A stretch of DNA of 64,000 nt from an uncultured Gammaproteobacteria bacterium (GCA_964371245.1 CAYJKP010000001.1:187042-251041), one strand, 5' to 3'. Shown: positions 18,768 through 27,134, counted from the first letter of the stretch. Notes: generated from the letters alone by a model not told the origin. Numbers and translations are program-made.

Positions 18768-19622
18768 ATGCTCGTCAAAACAAGCTATCTTATTCAGAAA
18801 GCACAGAAAGAAGGGTATGCCGTTGGCTGCTTCGTAGTCTATAATCTCGAAACAGCGCTGGGGGTCGCTCTGGCCGCGGTTGAGTCGCGATCGCCGGTGA
18901 TCATTGCCGTATCCGAGTTTACCATTTCGTTTCTTGGTCTCGAGACAATCAGCCAGGTAATTATGAGCCTGGCGAAGCATCAGGCGGTGAGCGTGCCAAT
19001 CGCGCTGCATCTCGACCATGGCCGCAGTTATGAGTCGGCGAAGGCTTGTCTGGACGAGGGTTTTTCTTCGGTCCAGATCGATGGCTCGCATCTGCCGTTC
19101 GAGGAAAACATTGCGCTGACGCAGAAAGTTGTTGAATACGGTCACCTGAAAAAAGTCTGGGTCGAAGGCGAGCTCGGGGCGATTTATGGGGGTCACGGCC
19201 AAACGGGAGAATACAAAGGCGAGATCCCGCTCGTTAAGCCAAGCGAAGTGAGCGAGTTTGTCGAGCAAACGAATGTCGACTTGCTGGCCGCCGCGCTTGG
19301 TACAGTCCATGGTAAATTTTCGAATGAACGCGTCCATTTTGACCTGCTCGCACAATTACAGAAAATAACCAGAACGCCACTGGTATTACACGGCGCTTCC
19401 GGCCTACCCGATGAAGAAATCACGCGAGCCGTCAAGGCGGGCATCGCAAAAGTAAACATTGGCACTGAGACGAAAAGACTGTTTATCGATTCAATACGGG
19501 AGACGCTTCAGAAAAATCCCAGTTTAGAGGGCCCACGTGAACTTATGAAACCGACGATCGAAGCCATTAAAAACATGGTCATGCAAAAATTCCGGGTGCT
19601 CGGCTCAGCAAACAAGATCTAA
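18768..19622 (+). CDS. fba: Class II fructose-bisphosphate aldolase
   Basis: 284 aa. HLDHG metal site, GCFVVYNLE. Class II FBA/TBP aldolase fold. Confidence 0.85.
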   Translation: MLVKTSYLIQKAQKEGYAVGCFVVYNLETALGVALAAVESRSPVIIAVSEFTISFLGLETISQVIMSLAKHQAVSVPIALHLDHGRSYESAKACLDEGFSSVQIDGSHLPFEENIALTQKVVEYGHLKKVWVEGELGAIYGGHGQTGEYKGEIPLVKPSEVSEFVEQTNVDLLAAALGTVHGKFSNERVHFDLLAQLQKITRTPLVLHGASGLPDEEITRAVKAGIAKVNIGTETKRLFIDSIRETLQKNPSLEGPRELMKPTIEAIKNMVMQKFRVLGSANKI

Positions 19623-19628
19623 CAAACA

Positions 19629-20117
19629 ATGAAAAAAATTGGTGGATTTACACTTATCGAGTTACTGGTAGTGATTGCGATTATCGGTTTAATTTCGAGT
19701 ATGTCGTTGATAGTACTTCGGGGCAAGGTTAGTGCCGCCCGTGATGCCAAGCGACGGGCGGACATAGCGACCCTGCAGACGGCGCTGGCTTTATATGAGG
19801 CTGATCATCAGAGATTTCCGGGGACAGGCGGTTGCGTCATAATAGATGGCCACTGGGTATGCTCGGTCGACCAAGTCGCCTGGTTCGTGCCGAATTTGGC
19901 TGAGTATATGACGCCGTCCCCGCCACAAGATCCGGGGCACCATAAAATCAGTAGTTGGAATACCTATGGCTATATTCCATTACCAGTGATGAACCATGCC
20001 TATGCGCTGTTTTTTATGTTGGAAGGCGGACCGCAAGAGGATTATTGTAATATTGGACCTATTTCACTCGTTGAAGGAGACCCGCCTGTTGTCTGGTCAA
20101 CGCGTTGTCCAGATTAA
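19629..20117 (+). CDS. Type IV pilin-like protein, paralog 1 (prepilin class III signal)
   Basis: MKKIGG/FTLIELLVVIAIIGLI is a prepilin peptidase site with E+5. Four Cys. C-terminal WSTRCPD. Confidence 0.75.
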   Translation: MKKIGGFTLIELLVVIAIIGLISSMSLIVLRGKVSAARDAKRRADIATLQTALALYEADHQRFPGTGGCVIIDGHWVCSVDQVAWFVPNLAEYMTPSPPQDPGHHKISSWNTYGYIPLPVMNHAYALFFMLEGGPQEDYCNIGPISLVEGDPPVVWSTRCPD

Positions 20118-20135
20118 TCCGGGAAGCGCCCACTA

Positions 20136-20633
20136 ATGAAAAAAACAAAAGGTTTTACTCTGATTGAGCTCCTCGTCGTCATCGCTATTATCGGTTTAAT
20201 TTCGAGCATGTCGTTGATCGTTCTTCGGGGCAAGGTGATGGCTGCCCGCGATGCCAAGAGACGGGCTGACATTGCCACGTTACAATCCGCGCTCGAGGTG
20301 TATAATTTTGACAAACAGCGCTATCCTGAACAAACATGGTGCGCTTGGCTGCCGAGCGGCCACTGGGTTTGCATAATCGATGAAATAAGCAATGACCTGC
20401 CTGATTTAGATGATTATATTAAACCGAACCCGCCTTCAGACCCAGGCCACCATAAGATTGCGGATTGGAATATGTATGGGTATATACCGAATCCAAATCC
20501 AAATCATGTGTATGCCCTTTTATTTATGCTTGAGCAAGGGCCCCAAGAAGACATGTGCAACATCGGACCCATAGATATCATTGATGATGGCATGAACGAT
20601 CCAATTATCTGGTCCACGCGTTGTCCCGATTAG
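20136..20633 (+). CDS. Type IV pilin-like protein, paralog 2
   Basis: The same N-terminal 50 aa as paralog 1 and a divergent C-terminal domain with conserved PSPPxDPGHH, FMLExGPQEDxCN, WSTRCPD. Confidence 0.75.
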   Translation: MKKTKGFTLIELLVVIAIIGLISSMSLIVLRGKVMAARDAKRRADIATLQSALEVYNFDKQRYPEQTWCAWLPSGHWVCIIDEISNDLPDLDDYIKPNPPSDPGHHKIADWNMYGYIPNPNPNHVYALLFMLEQGPQEDMCNIGPIDIIDDGMNDPIIWSTRCPD

Positions 20634-20650
20634 TCATAAGTCGTACCCAT

Positions 20651-21175
20651 ATGAAAAAAACAAACGGTTTTACGCTGATTGAACTCCTCGTCGTTATTGC
20701 GATTATTGGGCTTATTTCAACAATGACTCTCGTTGTACTCCGAGGAAAAGTATTAGCTGCCCGCGATGTCAAGCGACGGGCTGACATCGCCACCCTCCAG
20801 ACCGCCATCGCCGTCTACTATTCTGATAGAGATATATATCCTCCGCCGACTGTCCAAGGTGGGCCAGACGATTGTACGCTAAACTTTATTAATAATCACA
20901 ACATGTATTTATGTGCGGTCTATGAGGAATCGTGGTTTCTTCCGACACTTTCCAGTTACATGACACCCTCGCCGCCAGAAGACCCGGGGCATCACTCCCG
21001 TCCCAGCTACGACGGTTACCGGTATATTCCCGACGCCTATGATCAAACCGGTCGGTACCGTGGCTATGTCTTGTTCTTTATGCTTGAGCAGGAGCCCCAA
21101 GAAGACATGTGCAATATGGGCCCGATGAATTTTGGAGATGGGGTGGTAACGTGGTCAACGCGCTGTCCTGATTAA
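20651..21175 (+). CDS. Type IV pilin-like protein, paralog 3
   Basis: ATG at 20651 (MKKTNG/FTLIELLVV). The ORF track's 20621 start is an extension. The same conserved C-terminus as paralogs 1 and 2. Confidence 0.75.
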   Translation: MKKTNGFTLIELLVVIAIIGLISTMTLVVLRGKVLAARDVKRRADIATLQTAIAVYYSDRDIYPPPTVQGGPDDCTLNFINNHNMYLCAVYEESWFLPTLSSYMTPSPPEDPGHHSRPSYDGYRYIPDAYDQTGRYRGYVLFFMLEQEPQEDMCNMGPMNFGDGVVTWSTRCPD

Positions 21176-21205
21176 AATTGTAGATAATAATTTAGATCAA
21201 TAGGA

Positions 21206-22234
21206 ATGAAAAACGTGAACAAAATCCGCGTGGCGATCAACGGTTTCGGCCGGATCGGACGGACAACATTTAAACACTTGCTTGATAAGGCCAGTGTCGA
21301 AGTCGTGGCGATTAACGACCTGACTGACCCGGCTACCCTGGCCCATTTATTGGCCCACGACACCAGTTATCGCCGGTATGAACGCACGGTCAAGGGGCGC
21401 AAGGACACGCTCGTGGTCGACGGAAAAGCCTATAAGGTTCTGGCGGTGAAGGAGCCGAACAAGCTTCCCTGGAAAAAACTCCGCGTCGACGTTGTGCTTG
21501 AGTGCACTGGTCGTTTTACAACCAAGGCAGAAGCCGGACTTCATCTCAAAGCCGGGGCCAAGCAGGTGATCATCTCCGCGCCGGCCAAGGGCGGAGGCGT
21601 GCCGACCCTGCTGCTGGGCGTAAATGCAAACAAGTATAAGGGCGAGCCGGTCATTAATATGGGCTCGTGCACGACCAATTGCATCGCGCCGGTGGTTCAG
21701 ATTATCCATGAGAAATTCGGCGTCAAGAAATCGATGATGACCACCATCCATTCATATACGGCCGATCAAAACCTCCAAGACGGTCCGCACAATGATTTAC
21801 GACGGGCGCGCGGGGCAGCCGAGAATATCGTGCCGACCACGACCGGGGCGGCCATCGCCGTCACCGAGGCAATTCCTGAATTGAAAAATCGGTTTGACGG
21901 TTTGTCAATCCGCGTCCCAACACCGGTGGTGTCGGTGTCCGATTTCACGATTCTGCTCAAACGCAAAGCCACGGCCGAGGAAATCAACCGAGCGCTGGTC
22001 CGGGCAGCCAACAGCCCGCGTTACAAAGGCATTCTAGGCATCTCATCTGAACCACTGGTGTCATCCGACTATATCGGCAATGAATTTTCGGGAATTGTGG
22101 ATTTGGCGCTCACAAAAGTCATTGACGGCGATTTGGCGAAGGTCATCGCGTGGTATGATAATGAATGGGCGTATTCCCTCCGCCTGGCCGAAATGGCTGT
22201 ATTTATCGGGCGAAAGATAGCACGCCGGAAATAA
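21206..22234 (+). CDS. gap: Glyceraldehyde-3-phosphate dehydrogenase
   Basis: INGFGRIGR Rossmann N-terminus and catalytic SCTTNC, 342 aa. Confidence 0.9.
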   Translation: MKNVNKIRVAINGFGRIGRTTFKHLLDKASVEVVAINDLTDPATLAHLLAHDTSYRRYERTVKGRKDTLVVDGKAYKVLAVKEPNKLPWKKLRVDVVLECTGRFTTKAEAGLHLKAGAKQVIISAPAKGGGVPTLLLGVNANKYKGEPVINMGSCTTNCIAPVVQIIHEKFGVKKSMMTTIHSYTADQNLQDGPHNDLRRARGAAENIVPTTTGAAIAVTEAIPELKNRFDGLSIRVPTPVVSVSDFTILLKRKATAEEINRALVRAANSPRYKGILGISSEPLVSSDYIGNEFSGIVDLALTKVIDGDLAKVIAWYDNEWAYSLRLAEMAVFIGRKIARRK

Positions 22235-22258
22235 GCAGTTGAATATTTAACTGGGGTG

Positions 22259-22290
22259 TTGGCAGGCGAGCCTTAAGGCTCGCCTGCCAA
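22259..22290. terminator. Perfect 14-bp palindrome ttggcaggcgagcc-TTAA-ggctcgcctgccaa (U-tract-less terminator/REP-like)
   Basis: Perfect inverted repeat immediately after the gap stop. Related in sequence to the hairpin after dnaK (31021-31046). Confidence 0.45.
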
Positions 22291-22349
22291 GTTGCTGGTT
22301 GACTCATTACTGATTTTTTCGTACACTTTTATCGTTATAATATAAATGT

Positions 22350-22424
22350 GCCGCTATCGTCTAGTGGCTAGGACGCCAGGTTCTCATCCTGGTAACCGGG
22401 GTTCGACTCCCCGTAGCGGTACCA
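22350..22424 (+). tRNA. tRNA-Glu (anticodon CTC), CCA encoded
   Basis: 75 nt. Acceptor gccgcta/tagcggt, anticodon loop ttCTCat, T-loop ttcgact. Preceded by a TATAAT-like box. Confidence 0.85.
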
Positions 22425-22433
22425 GATGTTTAT

Positions 22434-23879
22434 ATGCTCGGAAAAAGATATTTTTCGTTACTAGTTCTCGCCGGCTTTCTGTGTCTGACGTTTCTCGTCC
22501 ATTTCAGAGTATTGAGGGTGTACTTTTTATCTGACGACTTTGGCTATGTCCTGTTGGCCCGTGATACCTCAGTGTCCGAGAGTATCAGCTTAATAACAAA
22601 GGAACAAAAACTTGGCTCGGGAACCGGGCTATATCGACCGATGGTTGATATAGCTTTTGTTTTTGCTTACCAGTTCTTCAAGGAAAATCCGGCCGGCTAC
22701 CATGCCACCAGCCTCATATTTCACGCGCTGATCGCCTGGCTTTTTTACCTGCTTATCTCAAGGATGAGCCACAACAAGGGGCTGGCTTTTTTAGCCGGCG
22801 CGTTTTTTATCGTTTACCCGATGAACATTGAAAGCATTGCCTGGCTGTCTAATTGGACCACACTGATATCCAGTTTGTTTATCATGTTGGCCATCTATCT
22901 GTATTGGGAATATCGCATTACAAAACAAATATATTTATTTTTCATTTCCCTATTAGCCATACTGTTTTCCCTTCTTGCCAAAGAGACCGCAATTATCATG
23001 CCCCTGGTTTTGATTGCGCTTGATCTGATGAGGAGCAAATTAAATGGCCAGACGGCGAAGAAAGTGTTTAGAAACTGGCTCAGTTATGCGGCCAGTATTG
23101 TGTTAATTGGACTGTTTTTTGCCTGGCGGTTTATCATGCTCAAAGGCCGGGGCGGTTATCGAACCTCCGATGGTGAATCCATTTACGGCAGTTTGACACA
23201 CAATGAAGTCATTACATTTCTCACCACCATAAAATATTTTCTGTTTAATTATCTGAACGATGTGGTTTTCCGCTTTCAAAACCGGCTAGCAATAATCTAT
23301 TGGTCAGTTTTTGCCGCTGTGCTTGTTCTGGCGGTATTGTACCTGGTGAACAAAAGGAAAAATATAAAATATTTCTGGCTGTTATTCGGCCTTGGCTGGA
23401 TTTACATTTTTACTTTGCCGGTTATCAATCTTTTAAACGGCATACACCGGGACTTATCCGGCTCGCGCTTTTTATATCTGCCAGGCTTGGGATTTTGCCT
23501 GCTGCTAGCGGTGCTGGTTTTGGATTTTAATAATCGTCCGGGAAAAATGCTTACATACGCCAAAGGGGCTGCGGTTGGGTTGTTTATTGTGGGTTTCAGC
23601 TTTTTGTCTTATAAAAACCAGGTGCCGTGGCTGGAAGCTTCGGCCCAGGTCCGGGCCGTCGGCGATAAAGTGCAGGCCAGCGTTAAAGACCCGCCGAGGA
23701 AGGCCGAATTTTATTTTAAAAATTTACCGGATAATTGGGCGGGCGCGTATTCTTTGCGCAACGGCATAGAAAACTATCTGCTGCTTTTGTACGACAAATC
23801 GCCCAGATACCTGACTGCGAAAAGGGTAGAGGAGTTTCCAGTGCAGAAGAGCGGAAAAAGCATGTATTTCTTTGATTAG
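22434..23879 (+). CDS. Polytopic membrane protein, putative GT-C glycosyltransferase (PMT/ArnT-like)
   Basis: 481 aa with more than 10 TMs. DD motif in the first periplasmic loop (LSDDFGY). Starts 10 nt after the tRNA-Glu 3' end. Family call is tentative. Confidence 0.45.
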   Translation: MLGKRYFSLLVLAGFLCLTFLVHFRVLRVYFLSDDFGYVLLARDTSVSESISLITKEQKLGSGTGLYRPMVDIAFVFAYQFFKENPAGYHATSLIFHALIAWLFYLLISRMSHNKGLAFLAGAFFIVYPMNIESIAWLSNWTTLISSLFIMLAIYLYWEYRITKQIYLFFISLLAILFSLLAKETAIIMPLVLIALDLMRSKLNGQTAKKVFRNWLSYAASIVLIGLFFAWRFIMLKGRGGYRTSDGESIYGSLTHNEVITFLTTIKYFLFNYLNDVVFRFQNRLAIIYWSVFAAVLVLAVLYLVNKRKNIKYFWLLFGLGWIYIFTLPVINLLNGIHRDLSGSRFLYLPGLGFCLLLAVLVLDFNNRPGKMLTYAKGAAVGLFIVGFSFLSYKNQVPWLEASAQVRAVGDKVQASVKDPPRKAEFYFKNLPDNWAGAYSLRNGIENYLLLLYDKSPRYLTAKRVEEFPVQKSGKSMYFFD

Positions 23880-23982
23880 CGGCTAATTATGCTTTGAATA
23901 ATCGTGATAAAGACGGCAATCGAATATCGAACTAAACATAATCCAAACCAACTATGCCCGATCAAACAATAAAACCCACTGG

Positions 23983-24435
23983 TTGCTACGACCCGTTCGA
24001 TCCAGCGCCGTGGAGGAAAAAGAAATTACCTGGAACGACAAACAATTCGTCAAAGACCACATCACGAGCCTATTTCACATTCCTATGAACATGGGCAAGA
24101 AAATCGTCAAGAACATGGCCCTGATCGAAAAAGCGGGCGCGAAGGCAAGTTATCAATTAATGCTAACGGACGAGAAATCGCTCTGGGGTTCGGATATTTA
24201 TATTGATGTAACGAAACCAGTGTCCGGCGCTCAGATGAATACTGTTTCCGGAACATTTCTCACCAAAGTATTCGAGGGCCCTTATAAAAACGCCGGCAAG
24301 TGGGCCGGAGAAATGAAAACATACGTTCAGTCAAAAGGGAAGACAATAAAGAAACTTTATTTCTCATATACGACTTGTCCCAAATGCGCCAAGGCGTATG
24401 GCAAGAATTACGTCGTGCTTTTTGCGCAGGTGTAA
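23983..24435 (+). CDS. Hypothetical protein (TTG start in track; possible frameshifted gene with the ATG 23954 frame)
   Basis: 150-aa ORF without a good RBS. An upstream 43-codon ATG frame at 23954 sits in the +1 register across an A5 run. Confidence 0.35.
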   Translation: MLRPVRSSAVEEKEITWNDKQFVKDHITSLFHIPMNMGKKIVKNMALIEKAGAKASYQLMLTDEKSLWGSDIYIDVTKPVSGAQMNTVSGTFLTKVFEGPYKNAGKWAGEMKTYVQSKGKTIKKLYFSYTTCPKCAKAYGKNYVVLFAQV

Positions 24436-24508
24436 CGGGTTGGTACTATTGTCGATATAATTTTCAATAAAAGTTGTCTCTTTCAAACAAAGGGAGGCTT
24501 TTTACGTC

Positions 24509-24561
24509 TTGACAAAAATCATATATTCGTGTACCATCTTTAAGTCCTATAAATGTAGGAC
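24509..24561 (+). promoter_or_regulatory. Promoter TTGACA-17-TACCAT plus palindromic operator-like site GTCCTA-N6-TAGGAC at predicted +1
   Basis: TTGACA at 24509-24514, TACCAT at 24532-24537, perfect 6-bp inverted repeat at 24544-24561. A UUCG-loop hairpin and a GGAGGG SD follow. Confidence 0.5.
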
Positions 24562-24614
24562 GTTTTCACTCCTGCTTCGGCAGGGAGGTCGAACCACGCG
24601 GTGTAGGAGGGTTC

Positions 24615-25619
24615 ATGGGAGACAACGGGGGAAATCCACGTATCTTTGTCAGCGACCTGATCGGATCGCTCGAAGAAGCGTATGGCAGCCCGATCAAGGA
24701 GCTGGACCGCCAGCGGGAAGAGGGCCTTCGACTCGAAGGCAACGTTCCCGTCGGCAAGGTCATGCGGGCGCTCGTTCAAGCGCTCCGTCTCGTGTCAGGG
24801 CCGGCGGCCACGATTGATCGCGATCGGAGGCCCAACAGCAGCGATGAGCTGGTTCAGCTCATCATCGACCTGGCCATCGAGGCCAACTCGGACGACGCCG
24901 AACCGGCCGAAATCGACGTCACGATCGCCTATCTCGTCGGGTTGTTGGACATTTTCTACCGGGATCGCGATCCGGAGGGCCTCATACCGTACGCGGCCTA
25001 TCGGTCGAAGTTGCTCTGTAACCGACTGCTTGATGGGCGTATGGACGCCCGGCATCCACCGAAGGCCGACGAGATCGACGACATCGCCGAGCTTGGCGCC
25101 AGATACGGAGCCGAAGCGATGTCGGCCAATCCGGACGACTGGACCGCCTTCGTTCCGAGCACACCGCGCCAGGTGCGTCTCGCGGTGAAGATGGACGCCG
25201 GCGTCACGGACACGGAGTGGAGCGAGCTGCTCCAGCGGCTGGTCGCAAGGTCCGCAGGTGACCGGAAGTTCACCAGGACGGATGAAGAGGTCTTCGCCGA
25301 GCTGGACACCATGAGACATCAGGCCGAGGAGCGGCGGAAGCTCGAAGAGGAGCTGCCCGCGCTGCTGCGGCCGGCGCTGGCCAGGCTCGGTCTCCCCGAG
25401 GAGGCGGCTCTGAGCGTCAAGGTGAGTGGTCAGTTAGGAAGTCTCACGGCGCAGCGGTACACCGTCGAGCTGAGTCCGTCAGGCTGCCCGCACGGATGTT
25501 TCGGCATCACCGTCCATAGCCACGAGGCGCAGAAGAACCAACTGATGGGCGGTCTCAGGTCGATGTTGAGCCGCATCTTCGGCGGAAACATCGATGAGGT
25601 CGAAACGATCAGGCTCTAG
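24615..25619 (+). CDS. Hypothetical acidic protein encoded by a GC-anomalous (about 64-66% GC) gene
   Basis: 334 aa. SD GGAGGG 5 nt upstream of the ATG. Composition is much higher in GC than the flanking genes. Many overlapping shadow ORFs on both strands are typical of high-GC DNA. No motif recognised. Confidence 0.6.
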   Translation: MGDNGGNPRIFVSDLIGSLEEAYGSPIKELDRQREEGLRLEGNVPVGKVMRALVQALRLVSGPAATIDRDRRPNSSDELVQLIIDLAIEANSDDAEPAEIDVTIAYLVGLLDIFYRDRDPEGLIPYAAYRSKLLCNRLLDGRMDARHPPKADEIDDIAELGARYGAEAMSANPDDWTAFVPSTPRQVRLAVKMDAGVTDTEWSELLQRLVARSAGDRKFTRTDEEVFAELDTMRHQAEERRKLEEELPALLRPALARLGLPEEAALSVKVSGQLGSLTAQRYTVELSPSGCPHGCFGITVHSHEAQKNQLMGGLRSMLSRIFGGNIDEVETIRL

Positions 25620-25641
25620 TCAGGAGGGATCGTACACAAAA

Positions 25642-25681
25642 GCCCCGCATTGCCTTCAAGGCAGTGGCGGGGTATTTTCTT
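25642..25681 (+). terminator. Intrinsic terminator (gccccgcattgcc-ttcaa-ggcagtggcgggg + T-rich)
   Basis: 12-13 bp imperfect stem followed by tattttctt. Confidence 0.55.
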
Positions 25682-25877
25682 ACTCAAGCATCCTTACATA
25701 CAATTGATGTGGCCCATCTTAGGCACATTTCAAATATATAAAGAAAAGCTGAAAAATCAATTAATTTTACATGACGTTGCGGATAAACGGTCGTGGTAAA
25801 AAAACGGCCACGTTTACCCAAAGGGTAAAATCAGCTACAATAAAGGGGTTGTTTTTATTTACTTCACACGAACGATT

Positions 25878-27029
25878 ATGCGCATCGGCATAGTAACCCA
25901 GGCGTATTTCCCGATCCACGGCGGCGTCACCGAAAACGCGCACCATACCGCGCTCGAGTTGGAAAAGCTCGGCCATGACGTGACGATTATCACGGCCAAT
26001 GTTAATCGGGATGATCGGAAGTTTGACCACCGGCGGCTGCGGCGGGTGGGTTTTGACGTGACGATTCCGGCCAACGGCGCATTTGGCAATATCACTGTTG
26101 GTTTTAGGCTGCCGCGGGAGCTCCGGGCGATTGAACGCGAGAAAAAGTTTGATCTCGTCCAGATCCATTCGCCGATGGACCCGGTCCTGCCGCTTGTTGC
26201 TCTAAAAGTTTTTTCGGCGCCGAAGGTCGGTACCTTCCACACGTATATGGATTCATCGGTCGGCTTGACGTTGTTCCGGAGGCCGTTGCAATGGTATTTT
26301 AACCGCTTGTCCGGTCGGATTGCCGTCTCGACGGCGGCCGAAAAGTTTGCGAAAAAATATTTCCCCGCTGACTACCGAGTCATTCCAAACGGAGTGGATA
26401 TCGACCGCTTCAATCCCGCGGTGATGCCATTGGAAAAATACCAGGATGGATACACGAATATTCTCTTTGTCGGCCGGCTGGAACCGCGCAAGGGTCTGAA
26501 ATTTCTGATCCAAGCCATGCCGATCGTTCTGGCGGCCATTCCGAAGGCGCGCTTAATCGTGGTTGGCGGCGGCGTCCTTCGGGAATATTATCGCCGTTTT
26601 GTCATGGATGAAATTACCGACCGCGTCATTTTTACCGGCTTTGTCCCGGCTGAGGATCTGCCGCGCTATTACCGGACCGCCGATCTGTGCGTCTCACCGG
26701 CCACGCAAGGGGAGAGCTTTGGGATTGTCTTGATCGAAGCCATGTCCGCCGGCAAGCCGATCGTAGCCTCGGACATCGAAGGGTACAATACCGTGATCAA
26801 TGACGGCCATGAGGGCTTTCTCGTGCCGAAGGAACACCCGTTGAAACTGGCCGAGAAGATTATCGAACTGATCCAGAACAAACCGTTGCGGCTGGCCATG
26901 GGCCAGCGGGGGAGAGAAAAGGCGCTTGGTTATTCGTGGCCAAAGGTCACCAGCCAGATTATTCGATACTTTGAAGAAATACTCGGCCAGAAAGGCAAAC
27001 CATCGCGAAAATTGGCTAGCCGTCGGTAA
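25878..27029 (+). CDS. Glycosyltransferase family 1 (GT4-type, PimA/MshA-like)
   Basis: 383 aa. MRIGIVTQAYFPIHGGV N-terminus and C-terminal EGFGIV-like motif (GESFGIVLIEAMSAGKPIVASD). Confidence 0.8.
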   Translation: MRIGIVTQAYFPIHGGVTENAHHTALELEKLGHDVTIITANVNRDDRKFDHRRLRRVGFDVTIPANGAFGNITVGFRLPRELRAIEREKKFDLVQIHSPMDPVLPLVALKVFSAPKVGTFHTYMDSSVGLTLFRRPLQWYFNRLSGRIAVSTAAEKFAKKYFPADYRVIPNGVDIDRFNPAVMPLEKYQDGYTNILFVGRLEPRKGLKFLIQAMPIVLAAIPKARLIVVGGGVLREYYRRFVMDEITDRVIFTGFVPAEDLPRYYRTADLCVSPATQGESFGIVLIEAMSAGKPIVASDIEGYNTVINDGHEGFLVPKEHPLKLAEKIIELIQNKPLRLAMGQRGREKALGYSWPKVTSQIIRYFEEILGQKGKPSRKLASRR

Positions 27030-27064
27030 AAGAGGCGATATTTCAATAATTCTTGACCGGGGGC

Positions 27065-27093
27065 TTGACACCCCTTTTTTGTTGGGGTATTCT
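27065..27093 (+). promoter_or_regulatory. Promoter TTGACA-17-TATTCT of the hrcA operon; the preceding gggg-loop-cccc + T6 may also terminate the GT1 gene
   Basis: TTGACA at 27065-27070, TATTCT at 27088-27093. Confidence 0.5.
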
Positions 27094-27097
27094 AGAC

Positions 27098-27124
27098 TTA
27101 GCACTCGATGAAATAGAGTGCTAA
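27098..27124 (+). promoter_or_regulatory. CIRCE element (HrcA operator) TTAGCACTC-N9-GAGTGCTAA
   Basis: Perfect match to the CIRCE consensus, located between the -10 box and the hrcA ATG. Confidence 0.9.
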
Positions 27125-27134
27125 TTGCAAAACT

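Noticed and set aside
9174-19355. Antisense ORFs (9174-9599-, 9560-9940-, 16088-16609-, 18759-19355-)
   Set aside because: They lie opposite well-supported genes (P-type ATPase, scpA/scpB, fba) and have no start context or motifs.
19629-21175. Diversity-generating retroelement acting on the pilin C-termini
   Set aside because: No reverse transcriptase or template repeat is present in the window. The paralogs differ throughout the globular domain rather than only at adenine-templated sites.
22346-22534. 62-aa ORF overlapping tRNA-Glu
   Set aside because: It is fully explained by the tRNA gene and the start of the GT-C gene.
24509-25319. Multiple overlapping ORFs on both strands (24509-24817+, 24682-25188+, 24795-25319-, 24998-25312-, and others)
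   Set aside because: Shadow ORFs of this kind are expected in about 65% GC DNA. Only the 24615-25619 frame has a promoter, an SD and a terminator.
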